From IMG/VR virus record IMGVR_UViG_3300012016_000004, positions 1 through 64,000 of that record: a stretch of DNA of 64,000 nt; one strand, written 5' to 3'. A program made the position numbers and the translations under genes. Source of the stretch: a virus. Taxonomy: Duplodnaviria > Caudoviricetes. Each line of letters opens with the position of its first letter. Positions within the stretch are counted from its first letter, which is position 1. This document shows, one piece after another, positions 54,852 to 63,594 of the stretch. Under the pieces are notes generated by a model. The model saw only the letters and a list, made by a program, of their open reading frames with translations. It searched no databases and was not told the DNA's origin.

Positions 54852-55290
54852 ATTTTAACAGTTTTCCTTTCATTCTTTCTGGGTGTCCTTCAAGAACACT
54901 TCCGATACAGTTTGCAATCCATTGGATTAAGTAGGCATGTGGTTCATCCTCATTCAGTGTAGGCGGGCTGATTCCGATCCAGTCACATAGCATCGTGACC
55001 ACATGCAGAGCCTCGTGCGATACAACTCCCCAGCGACATTTCTTTGGCCGATACAGAATGATGAGATACTTCATATACTCCGTCTCCTTATCAACCACAC
55101 ACAGAGTTTTTGCCGTGAGAGTTGGGAAAGCCAGAAGCTCATCTGCATCTAACGACATCATCGTTTTCTTATCAACGACCTTGTTGTACCTCTGCGCAAT
55201 CTCTGCTGACGTCACACCAGGAACGTACTTGCATACAATCACCGGGAAGGGGTACACCACCGGGTCGAACTCAAACAGCTTCGTCTTCAT
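54799..55290 (-). CDS. HExxH metallopeptidase-like protein
   Basis: VSHEALHVV...EPHAYLI. Confidence 0.65.
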   Translation of the reverse strand: MKTKLFEFDPVVYPFPVIVCKYVPGVTSAEIAQRYNKVVDKKTMMSLDADELLAFPTLTAKTLCVVDKETEYMKYLIILYRPKKCRWGVVSHEALHVVTMLCDWIGISPPTLNEDEPHAYLIQWIANCIGSVLEGHPERMKGKLLKFEDYAAKKTESNTGGQD

Positions 55291-55538
55291 CTCTTTTTTT
55301 CACGTTCATTGAATCTACTATCAATAAAATCAGCATATTCTAAAATCCATACACAGACAATGAGCGGAGCAACCAGTGGCGCGAAGAATAGAGCTTTGAA
55401 AGCATTCTCAGCCAATTTGGAGAGCATAATCTCTTTCCTGGCAGAAAAAAGCCTTGTGAGCCTTATTACCGAATCTATAACGAAGACCAGATAGCTCACC
55501 GCCCAGACGATAGATACGATGTCCCAAAACTTGCTCAT
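55287..55538 (-). CDS. Small membrane protein
   Basis: Two hydrophobic segments. Confidence 0.55.
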   Translation of the reverse strand: MSKFWDIVSIVWAVSYLVFVIDSVIRLTRLFSARKEIMLSKLAENAFKALFFAPLVAPLIVCVWILEYADFIDSRFNEREKKR

Positions 55539-56068
55539 AGGATTATTATCTCATTCTCATGCCGGCGTGAGATGTAGGCAAAGACCTCATCCCGCTGCAC
55601 AAGGCGTTCTTTCACTTTACGACCATGTGCCTTGGCATAGGCAAGGCACCATTCGAAATCAGTAGTCCACGATATGCCTGGGTCTGGTATTCTGTCATAG
55701 GCCCGCCAGACTTTCAGAGGGAAAGTCATCTCCTCCAAAGTCTTCGCATCTTCAACGGTCATAAACCAGCCCTTGCATGGCCTTTTTGACTGGAAGAACG
55801 GACGGAACTTATCTGCCAGGTCAGTTGAACCAACTCCCACCCAAACAGTGCGAAGCAGCTCCCAGTAGCGAGGATTAGAGAGGAGCCTGGACTTTCTGAA
55901 CCAAATGTCCAGTGTCTTTTCCTCTGACTGCTCTACATCATACGCATTGACGAGCTGGCGGGCAATCTTTGCATCCATCGCCAGCTGCTTATTCGACAGC
56001 GCCGGGATTCTTCGCGTGAACTCCGTCTGGTCAGTATTCGGCCTGGTATGGTTATAGACGGTTATCAT
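55535..56068 (-). CDS. Hypothetical protein
   Basis: 177 aa; VWRAY...GISWTTD...RHENEIII. Confidence 0.65.
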   Translation of the reverse strand: MITVYNHTRPNTDQTEFTRRIPALSNKQLAMDAKIARQLVNAYDVEQSEEKTLDIWFRKSRLLSNPRYWELLRTVWVGVGSTDLADKFRPFFQSKRPCKGWFMTVEDAKTLEEMTFPLKVWRAYDRIPDPGISWTTDFEWCLAYAKAHGRKVKERLVQRDEVFAYISRRHENEIIIL

Positions 56069-56547
56069 CTTCCGGAACTCCCATAACCGTTGGCGCCGCG
56101 CTCCGTGGAATCCAGCTCATCAACTTCGATGAACTCGATGTCGCACGTAAAGCCGATCTTGATTTGTCCGATTCTATCTCCGACGTGATACCTGGGCATG
56201 TTGGGCATCACGTGATAGAACACCGCGCTTATCTCGCCGGTATAGCCTTCATCTATTGTTCCAGTGCAGTTCGACAGAACCATACCTGTCTTCCATACTG
56301 ATGAGCGAGGACGAAGGTCGATTGATAACCTTCCCTGGTTTACGTACACCCTATGAGATTTCGTCTCATAAGCGATGGAAGTCAGTTGCTCCTTGTCAAT
56401 CTGCAGAGCGAAACCAAGCCCATAGCGCCAAACATTCGGAGCTATTTCCTCCTCAGTGACGGCAGTCACATCATAACAGAAATCTGTCTTATTTGCTTTT
56501 GTAGGGATGACTGCATCCGGGTGCAGTCTCTTAAATTTAAGTATCAT
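56065..56547 (-). CDS. dut: dUTPase (trimeric)
   Basis: RPRSS, GTIDEGYTGEI, RIGQI, RGANGYGSSG motifs. Confidence 0.92.
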   Translation of the reverse strand: MILKFKRLHPDAVIPTKANKTDFCYDVTAVTEEEIAPNVWRYGLGFALQIDKEQLTSIAYETKSHRVYVNQGRLSIDLRPRSSVWKTGMVLSNCTGTIDEGYTGEISAVFYHVMPNMPRYHVGDRIGQIKIGFTCDIEFIEVDELDSTERGANGYGSSGR

Positions 56548-57743
56548 CTTTTATCTTCTGCTTTGAAGTTATACACTGGCTTGATGATATTCACGACGTC
56601 AACAGTCGGAGCAATACACTCGATGATTTCCTCCATCGGCTTGTAGGCCATCGGAGACTCGTCGATAGTTCCTTTGCCGACCGTGGTCGAAAAGATTCCG
56701 GCCATGGTCCGCTTGAAATCATCAACGGACAGAGACTCCTTTGCTTTAGCGCGTGACATGAGACGGCCGGCGCCATGCGGAGCAGAGTAGTTCCAGTCCG
56801 GATTGCCCTTGCCCACACAAATCAGCGAGCCGTCTCGCATGTTCATCGGGATGATGAGCTTCTCGTCAGCGTCAGCCCGGACCGCGCCTTTGCGGAGAAT
56901 CATGGCCTTCGTGTCAATGTAGTTGTGAATCGTCTCGAAGTACAGCTTCGGATTCCAGTGCATACCGGCAAAGATGAATCCGGCCATCGTCATTCGGTTC
57001 ACAGATGCATACCGCTGAACGATCTCCATGTCGTGGATGTAGTCGGCGAAGTCCTGCCCTTCCAGGTGGGCCAGCTCTTTATTGCATGCAGGTTTCTGGA
57101 GCTTCTTCAACTCAGTCTGGATGTCCTTTTCTCGGCCCTCTGCTTTCAGTTTGCGCACCAGATCATCCTTGACCTTACCAATCTCATTCAGCTTCTTATA
57201 AGCGAGGTCCTGGTAATACTTGCAGACCTGCACTCCGAGGTTTCTTGAGCCGGAATGAATGACAAGGTAATACTTCCCAGTCTTCTCGTCAATATCCAGC
57301 TCTATGAAGTGATTCCCACCACCGAGCGAGCCGAGAGAAAGGGATGCTCTCTCCAAGTCCACATGCTTTGCGCAGCGAAGTAATTCCAGCTGCGGAAACT
57401 TAGCAATCGGGAAGTCATGGACATTGAATCCGGACGGGATACCGGTCTTGATGAGATCGTCCAAGAAGGCCAAATCCGGATGTATTCTTGACCCTAACTC
57501 GGCAACATACATCCCGCATCCGATGTCCACTCCAACAAGGTTCGGCGTGACCTTGCCATGCAGTGTCATCGTGGTGCCAATCGTGCATCCCGCGCCGGCG
57601 TGGGCATCAGGCATGATGCGGATGGTGGATTCTTTGTACGGCTCGTAGTTGGCCAGCGCCTTCACCTGGTCATACGCCTCATATTCGAAGGTCTTGGCAA
57701 ACACCTTTACGACCGACCCATTTTCGCGTTTAATCTCTATCAT
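56544..57743 (-). CDS. rtcB: RtcB RNA ligase
   Basis: MPDAHAG, GVDIGCG, GGGNHF, IHSGSR, HNY, SAPHGAGR, DESPMAYK. Confidence 0.95.
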   Translation of the reverse strand: MIEIKRENGSVVKVFAKTFEYEAYDQVKALANYEPYKESTIRIMPDAHAGAGCTIGTTMTLHGKVTPNLVGVDIGCGMYVAELGSRIHPDLAFLDDLIKTGIPSGFNVHDFPIAKFPQLELLRCAKHVDLERASLSLGSLGGGNHFIELDIDEKTGKYYLVIHSGSRNLGVQVCKYYQDLAYKKLNEIGKVKDDLVRKLKAEGREKDIQTELKKLQKPACNKELAHLEGQDFADYIHDMEIVQRYASVNRMTMAGFIFAGMHWNPKLYFETIHNYIDTKAMILRKGAVRADADEKLIIPMNMRDGSLICVGKGNPDWNYSAPHGAGRLMSRAKAKESLSVDDFKRTMAGIFSTTVGKGTIDESPMAYKPMEEIIECIAPTVDVVNIIKPVYNFKAEDKR

Positions 57744-58420
57744 ACTTCATCAAATAGCGACAGTTCCTTTATTACCTTTCCGGACGGAGTGTGGAACGTC
57801 AATAAACACTCCTCCTCGAATCTTTTCTGCTGGGCCTCGAAATACTTCGGGTCAATCTCGCATCCGTAGAAGTCATAACCCATTTGGTAGGCCACTATCC
57901 TGCTTGAGCCGGAGCCAAGATGGGTGTCGAGTATCTTACCCCCCCCCTTGAAGTAGTTCTCCAGTATCCATCTGTACAGAGACTTTGGTTTCTCATGTGG
58001 ATGGATGCCACTCCGCTTCTCGCACCTGCAGCAGCCATTCCATATCAGCGAGACAATACGTACCGGGATGTTGAATGATGTCCATGCAAGCTCTGCTTCG
58101 GATAGGTGCTGCGTTGGGAAGTCTATCTGCTTGTCCCAAACAATCCAGCTGTTCCTCGCCGGCAAGTGCTCCGTGTAGTAGTTGGCTCCCCAGATAATCT
58201 GATTCTTGCTCACCCGGAACAATTCTTTGAAATACTCCGGGCCTGGTATCGAATCATTCATGTACGTGGAATCTTCACGATAGAACTTGCTATGCTTATC
58301 CTTCCTCCAGTTACGGCCAATGCCGTATGGCGGATCAACGAGCGCGAGGTCGAAATGCTTATCCGGCATCGTTCTCATGTATGCGAGGCAGTCGCAGTTG
58401 TATGTTTCACTTATCGGCAT
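57740..58420 (-). CDS. DNA amino-methyltransferase (beta class)
   Basis: DPPY motif, HPHEKP, ILDTHLGSGS. Confidence 0.9.
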   Translation of the reverse strand: MPISETYNCDCLAYMRTMPDKHFDLALVDPPYGIGRNWRKDKHSKFYREDSTYMNDSIPGPEYFKELFRVSKNQIIWGANYYTEHLPARNSWIVWDKQIDFPTQHLSEAELAWTSFNIPVRIVSLIWNGCCRCEKRSGIHPHEKPKSLYRWILENYFKGGGKILDTHLGSGSSRIVAYQMGYDFYGCEIDPKYFEAQQKRFEEECLLTFHTPSGKVIKELSLFDEV

Positions 58421-58535
58421 ATATTATCTTTGTAAACAAATGTGCGGTGGAGCTATATGGTCTCGATTCTATCTATTGCGTAAAAGATGCTCCTGCTTGA
58501 TTCACACCGAGCTTTTCCGCACATTCGTTAAGCCT

Positions 58536-58724
58536 CTATTCTTTAATCAGCCTCTCAGCGAAGCTTTCAAGAACACCACGGGCGCCACTAAGCATTCCTT
58601 TGAGGTTTGTAAGGTCTTTCTCGTCTTGCTCAGATTCCGCTTCGACATACATGAGCGAGACATATTGTTCATTGATGACTCTGCGGATTTCCAAGAGTCT
58701 ATTGACCGTTTCTTCGTTCTTCAT
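58536..58724 (-). CDS. Hypothetical protein
   Basis: Probable start MKNEET at 58724. Confidence 0.5.
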   Translation of the reverse strand: MKNEETVNRLLEIRRVINEQYVSLMYVEAESEQDEKDLTNLKGMLSGARGVLESFAERLIKE

Positions 58725-58783
58725 AAACTTTTGAGTTAAGAGGAGGCGTAGCAGAGCCAGGCTGATACGCCCCCTCAAACGAA

Positions 58784-59524
58784 CTACACTTCGATGATGG
58801 CGATGTCCGGGGCAATCTCGCGGATGGCTGTCAGCTGTGCGTCGATTTCCGTGGCCTTGATTTCTTCGATGAGAGCAGCAGCATCCGGAGCGCTGAGAAC
58901 GCATGTCACATCCCGGCCGGAGATTTTCGCAAAGGTCTCGACGTCGATTTCTTCGGGCTTGCCACCCTTGAGCACAGGAATCATGAGCTTGAACGATTCC
59001 GGGAGGTTGGAGTTAACTGTCTGACGGAACTCGTCACCACGATCGCCGTTCTGTTTAATGCTGTTCTGCAGAGAACTGTTCACGGTGGCAGTGAAGTTCA
59101 TCAGAGTGGACACAAGCTCCATGCACTGGTTACGGTCGGGGAAGTAGGTTCGGTTCATCTTGATGAACAATCCCAGTTCTGCCGGTTGCCAGACAATAGA
59201 CGAGTTGTTGATGCCGAACTCATCGAACTTGGGGTTGGTCTCGATGACACCGGCCACCTGGCCCATCCTATAAGCATCGCGCTCGTTAAAGATGAGATGG
59301 ATGACACCTTTGTCGCGGTTCACGAGGATGTGGCAGTCCTTCTGTTCGAACTGACCAGAGTTAACTCTCTTAGAGAGATACTCCTGCACGGCGCCAATCG
59401 TGCCTTTGATTTCGACAGCCACCGGGGCTTTTTCGTCCAACTGCTTGGGGGCATTGCCTTCGAGCTGTACAACGGTCAACTTGTCTTGACCAGGGGCGCA
59501 ATGGATTTCTAATTCTTTTGCCAT
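58784..59524 (-). CDS. Conserved phage hypothetical protein
   Basis: 246 aa, paired with the next gene. Confidence 0.7.
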   Translation of the reverse strand: MAKELEIHCAPGQDKLTVVQLEGNAPKQLDEKAPVAVEIKGTIGAVQEYLSKRVNSGQFEQKDCHILVNRDKGVIHLIFNERDAYRMGQVAGVIETNPKFDEFGINNSSIVWQPAELGLFIKMNRTYFPDRNQCMELVSTLMNFTATVNSSLQNSIKQNGDRGDEFRQTVNSNLPESFKLMIPVLKGGKPEEIDVETFAKISGRDVTCVLSAPDAAALIEEIKATEIDAQLTAIREIAPDIAIIEV

Positions 59525-59536
59525 AACGATTCTGAT

Positions 59537-59998
59537 TTAGCTTGCGATTACACGTGATTCTTTCTGCTCCTCTTTTTCGACCATGTGGATGCTTGGACGG
59601 AACAGCTGTCCCTGCATCTCGTCGGCTGTGGCCTGGCGCATCTCAATCAGATCGCCAAGCGAGTTGTAGAAGCCGGTCTCTCCGGCATCCTGGTCCGTGA
59701 TGCGATAGCATTCCTCCGTGACCAGTTCGGCTTTCGCTTTGATGTTGCCTACCAGCTGGGCCTTCTGCTCATAGAGAGGCTTGAGCTTTCCCTTGATTTC
59801 TGCGAGCATGGCTTTCTTCTCGGCCTCCAACTCGGAGATTTCAATCTCGATGCTGGTAAGGTCCTCTTTCTTGCCCTGCAGCTCCGGAACGGTGTACTGC
59901 TTCATGTAGGTCTTCTTCACTACCTCGTCCGCATTGTCAGAGATGAAGATTTTCCTACGATTGACATCTTGAATGTCTTTTCCTAATGATTTTTCCAT
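59537..59998 (-). CDS. Conserved phage hypothetical protein
   Basis: Start MEKSLG at 59998, preceded by the leader motif. Confidence 0.7.
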   Translation of the reverse strand: MEKSLGKDIQDVNRRKIFISDNADEVVKKTYMKQYTVPELQGKKEDLTSIEIEISELEAEKKAMLAEIKGKLKPLYEQKAQLVGNIKAKAELVTEECYRITDQDAGETGFYNSLGDLIEMRQATADEMQGQLFRPSIHMVEKEEQKESRVIAS

Positions 59999-60099
59999 AA
60001 ACTTACTTTCGTTTTTGAATTGGGTTTCTTTCTGAACTATCTGATTCTCCAGGTCATAGGAGGAGAACGGGGGGGGGTAAATGTCTTCATGAACTTTCA

Positions 60100-60387
60100 T
60101 CAATAGTTCTTACGTTTCTGTTCCTCCTCAAGCAGAGCGAAGAAATTCTCCGCATACTTGCCCGTCAGACCTCCTTTGCACTGGAAATATCCACTCCATG
60201 GATAGAAATACAATTTCTCAGTTCGGTACATGACCACGAAGTAGTCCAGAGTCTCCTCAATAATCCGGACACCCATCTTGTCCAGACGGCTACGGATATA
60301 GGACATGCGTCCTACCATCTTTTCCCGGCGCCTGGCTCTCCATTCGGACTTGGGAGGGTATCTTTTATGCTTGCGAGTGTGTGGCAT
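60100..60387 (-). CDS. Hypothetical protein
   Basis: 95 aa, basic. Confidence 0.6.
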   Translation of the reverse strand: MPHTRKHKRYPPKSEWRARRREKMVGRMSYIRSRLDKMGVRIIEETLDYFVVMYRTEKLYFYPWSGYFQCKGGLTGKYAENFFALLEEEQKRKNY

Positions 60388-61099
60388 AGTCGCTTACTTT
60401 CTTAAATGTCTTTCCGTTGCTGTATGCCCGTTCAAACACGTCCAGCAGAGATTCGCCTTCCTTTGCAAATCCTTTCTGTTGCAGGTAGGTTATCCTCATC
60501 CTGCCGTAGTCATAGCAGGAAAACGGCATACCGATAACCTCTCCAATGGATACGGGGTCATTCTTTCTGGGCTTGATGACGCCTTTCTTGATGGCTTCAA
60601 GTCTTTTCACCATGGCATCCTTATACTCGCAGAACTCTGACCAAGCATCGGCTGTCATCCGCTTGAAATCCTCCTCCTTCATCTCATGGGCCGGAAGTTG
60701 CTTCGGTTTCTCTCTGTGGTCTTCCACATACTGACCAATAGCCTCACGGCGCTCCTGGTGCTTGATGTAGCCTTCAACCCAGCGGATCAGACTCTTGTAA
60801 GTCAGAACGATGTCCTTATCTGTTCCGAGACGGCCCTTCATTCCATTGGAGAAGATGTAGGGAATCTCCTTGTCACGGATTGACTTGTAAACCGGGTCTG
60901 TCACGAGTTCCTGGTACAGAGCAACAGCACATGTACGGACTTCCTCTTTGAAGGCATCCGGCTGCATCTGGCGATGGAGACCGTTCATCACATAGACGGT
61001 CATTATGTCATTGTTCAGCTTTGTCAGAGCTTCGACCTCCGGGATGTCCCGGAGAGGCCGGCCTTCTTCAATCAGCACTTTGATAAACTTCTTGTCCAT
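60365..61099 (-). CDS. Replication-associated hypothetical protein
   Basis: 244 aa directly after the initiator-like gene. Confidence 0.6.
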   Translation of the reverse strand: MDKKFIKVLIEEGRPLRDIPEVEALTKLNNDIMTVYVMNGLHRQMQPDAFKEEVRTCAVALYQELVTDPVYKSIRDKEIPYIFSNGMKGRLGTDKDIVLTYKSLIRWVEGYIKHQERREAIGQYVEDHREKPKQLPAHEMKEEDFKRMTADAWSEFCEYKDAMVKRLEAIKKGVIKPRKNDPVSIGEVIGMPFSCYDYGRMRITYLQQKGFAKEGESLLDVFERAYSNGKTFKKVSDYATHSQA

Positions 61100-61101
61100 A
61101 G

Positions 61102-62013
61102 CTATTCTCCCAAAAGTTTGGTGATGTCAAGCGAACCTTCCATTCCGGTTGCCGGGATGGCCGTTGCCTGAACTACTTCGGAAATCTTGCTTCCTCTGCG
61201 GGCTTGGCGCCCGGAACCGAATCCTTGCTCCGCCTTTTTCTTCCACGTTGCCAACCGGCCTCCGATATTGAATACACCGCCCCTGGTTTTTGCAATCTCA
61301 AACCGCATCTTCTTGCCTCCCTCGTTATGTTCCGTCCAATAGTCGAAGAACTCACGTATCATGCTTTGGCCGTACTTCTCGACGTATGGGATGAGTGCCA
61401 CGCCGAAATCATGCTTCCTCTCCTCAAGAGTCTTTTTCTTGGCCGGAGTTTTCTCAGAATCGTCGGCATTTTCACTGGGGGGGACTATCTCGTTAGAGAT
61501 AGGGGGGGTATTTACTTTTATTTCCTTTACTTTACTTTGTTGCATTTCTTCCGTAATAATTCCGGAGAAACCGGGTATTTCTTCGGAAGAAATTCCATTT
61601 TGTTCAGCAAAAATTGTCGGTTCGAGGAGATTAAACTGACCAATCGTAGCTTTCCGTTTGCTTGTCTCGCAAACCTTCTTATATCGAACTTGGATTGCTA
61701 TCGAGGTCAAGACCCCTCCTTCTGAATAGGAAGCTTCGTCAAACAGACCAATGGAGATGCACGTCTTGATGACTTCGAGTACATAGCCCTCATCATAACC
61801 CGAACCTAAATCGTCCGATATTATGAACGGCAACTCATCATCCCACAGAATGTAGTACCCATGTCCACCATAGATACGACACAGCAGGTCGATGTACACA
61901 AGCGCAGCCTTTCCTCCCTGGTACTTAATCAGCTTCCTTATCTTGATGTCGCTGAAAAAGGAACGTTCGAAAGGGAAATAATCGAGACCAGTATGAATCG
62001 GTCTTCCACTCAT
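61102..62013 (-). CDS. Replication initiator-like protein (DUF4373-type N-terminus)
   Basis: GLDYFPF...DIKIRKLIKYQGGKA...GLFDE...GVLTSIAIQVRY; C-terminal EFFDYWTE. Confidence 0.8.
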   Translation of the reverse strand: MSGRPIHTGLDYFPFERSFFSDIKIRKLIKYQGGKAALVYIDLLCRIYGGHGYYILWDDELPFIISDDLGSGYDEGYVLEVIKTCISIGLFDEASYSEGGVLTSIAIQVRYKKVCETSKRKATIGQFNLLEPTIFAEQNGISSEEIPGFSGIITEEMQQSKVKEIKVNTPPISNEIVPPSENADDSEKTPAKKKTLEERKHDFGVALIPYVEKYGQSMIREFFDYWTEHNEGGKKMRFEIAKTRGGVFNIGGRLATWKKKAEQGFGSGRQARRGSKISEVVQATAIPATGMEGSLDITKLLGE

Positions 62014-62016
62014 ATC

Positions 62017-62343
62017 CTACCTTGCAGAAATCTTGTCTGTCGCGTGGATGCTCGCCCATGTTGCCAGCTCGTCGTCCAGCTCCAGGCCGTGCTTCTTTGC
62101 GAATGCTTCTGGGATGTAGTACGCCTTGACCCTCTTGTCAGTCGGAGTCGTAATCCGGACTGAATCGAAAGGGACATTATCCTTCTTGAGGTCTGTCATT
62201 CGGCTTGCCAGACGGAAGCACTTGAACAGCTCCAAGGCTTCGAGCGATGTGATGGTCTCGCCATCCTCAAGATACTTGCGTATCTTTGCTTTCTGTGACT
62301 CCGAACTGACTTCGTTCGGATTGTCATTCTCATTGGTCATCAT
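62017..62343 (-). CDS. Winged-HTH protein
   Basis: KIRKYLEDGETITSLEALELFKCFRLASRMTDLK. Confidence 0.8.
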   Translation of the reverse strand: MMTNENDNPNEVSSESQKAKIRKYLEDGETITSLEALELFKCFRLASRMTDLKKDNVPFDSVRITTPTDKRVKAYYIPEAFAKKHGLELDDELATWASIHATDKISAR

Positions 62344-62427
62344 AACACTTACTTTCGTTAATTTTTTTTGATATGTAAATCTAAGCATAATTATCTGAAA
62401 ATCAAAGTATTATGCCGATAAATTGCA
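62344..62427 (-). promoter_or_regulatory. Repeated early promoter cassette, copy 6 (diverged)
   Basis: TAGATTTA box and AACGAAAGTAAG leader. Confidence 0.55.
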
Positions 62428-62844
62428 TCAGTATCCGCGCCGTGTGAGTGATAATTGCTCCTTGGCAAAACTGACCTGGGTGCGGATATTGTCGCTCTGG
62501 TGGACACATGCCTTGTTGATGCGCTCGATCCACGCGACATAGTAGTTCTCGCTCTCGCACTGCGATGAGATGAACTTCGTGCTCACTGTGGCCGGCATCT
62601 TCAAAATCATATTGGAGTAGGCTGCGAACACTCCTGCAGTGGCATTGTCAAGGTCTGCCTTTGCCTCTGCCAGCAGGAAGCCGGTCCTGGCCATGTAGGC
62701 GTTCAGATAGGTAATCCTTTCCACGAGGGCATTCGGGTCATCGCCTGGTGCCTCGATTTCGAGGAACTCCTGGATTTGCTTCAACTCCTCTACAATCTGT
62801 GGAGTGATGTGTCTGGTAGGCTTATTGTCTTCCATAGCATTCAA
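62428..62844 (-). CDS. Conserved phage recombination-module protein
   Basis: 138 aa; ...ERINKACVHQSDNIRTQVSFAKE. Confidence 0.65.
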   Translation of the reverse strand: MNAMEDNKPTRHITPQIVEELKQIQEFLEIEAPGDDPNALVERITYLNAYMARTGFLLAEAKADLDNATAGVFAAYSNMILKMPATVSTKFISSQCESENYYVAWIERINKACVHQSDNIRTQVSFAKEQLSLTRRGY

Positions 62845-63590
62845 ATCAAATTTCTGTTGAACGGAATGTCAAGTCCCTTGTCTGCCACGAATACCAGTTT
62901 CCCGGTTGCCTCCTCTACGGCCTTCTTGAAGTCGGCCGGGCTGGAGTTGTTGTGGGAGAGGTGCAGGAGCACCACCGTATTCACTCTTGACAAGTCGTTT
63001 GCAAGCAGGGTGGAAATATGGGTTTCCAGAGACATGTGCGAGCGGAAAACCCTATCACGGTAGAACGGAGGAATGACCTTGTTCTGGACGTTCCGCTCTA
63101 TGATTCCGCTCTCATAGTTGCACTCAAGCATGATGTGCGTGAGGTTCGGGAACTGGTACTTCAAGTAGTACGTGTCAGTGGCGAAAAGAATCTGACCCAT
63201 CTCCTCATGATAGACCAGGAAGCCGAATGGCTCCGCGCAATCATGCTCAGTATCGAAAGGCAGAACCTTGAATCTTCCGACCTCGAACAACTGCTGGTTG
63301 GCAACCGGCGTCATCTTGAGGAGCTTCTTCTTGAAAAGCTGCTCCTCGGCCTTACACGTTCCCTCGCTGGCATACACCTTTATTCCGGCTTCGAGATACT
63401 GCTCCACATACTTGGCATGGTCTTGATGCTCATGGGTTACCAGGGCACCGACAATCCACTCACGGTGGAAGTCAATGGCCCGGAGGCACTGGCTGTACGG
63501 AACACCGCACTCGATAACCAGCGCCTCGTGGTCATTGTACAAAACGTAGCCGTTTCCGGATGAGCCGGATGCCAGTACATGAAGTCTCAT
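62841..63590 (-). CDS. Metallo-beta-lactamase-fold hydrolase/nuclease
   Basis: LASGSSGNGY, THEHQDH, HDCAEP, ATDT, ECNY, HMS, LHLS; start MRLHVL at 63590. Confidence 0.9.
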   Translation of the reverse strand: MRLHVLASGSSGNGYVLYNDHEALVIECGVPYSQCLRAIDFHREWIVGALVTHEHQDHAKYVEQYLEAGIKVYASEGTCKAEEQLFKKKLLKMTPVANQQLFEVGRFKVLPFDTEHDCAEPFGFLVYHEEMGQILFATDTYYLKYQFPNLTHIMLECNYESGIIERNVQNKVIPPFYRDRVFRSHMSLETHISTLLANDLSRVNTVVLLHLSHNNSSPADFKKAVEEATGKLVFVADKGLDIPFNRNLI

Positions 63591-63594
63591 CTCG

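Noticed and set aside
60069-60077. Third G9/C9 tract
   Set aside because: Intergenic once the start at 59998 is used; no clear effect on a frame or promoter.
61478-61508. Two G7 runs in the initiator-like gene
   Set aside because: Short, in frame, encoding Pro in a low-complexity linker.
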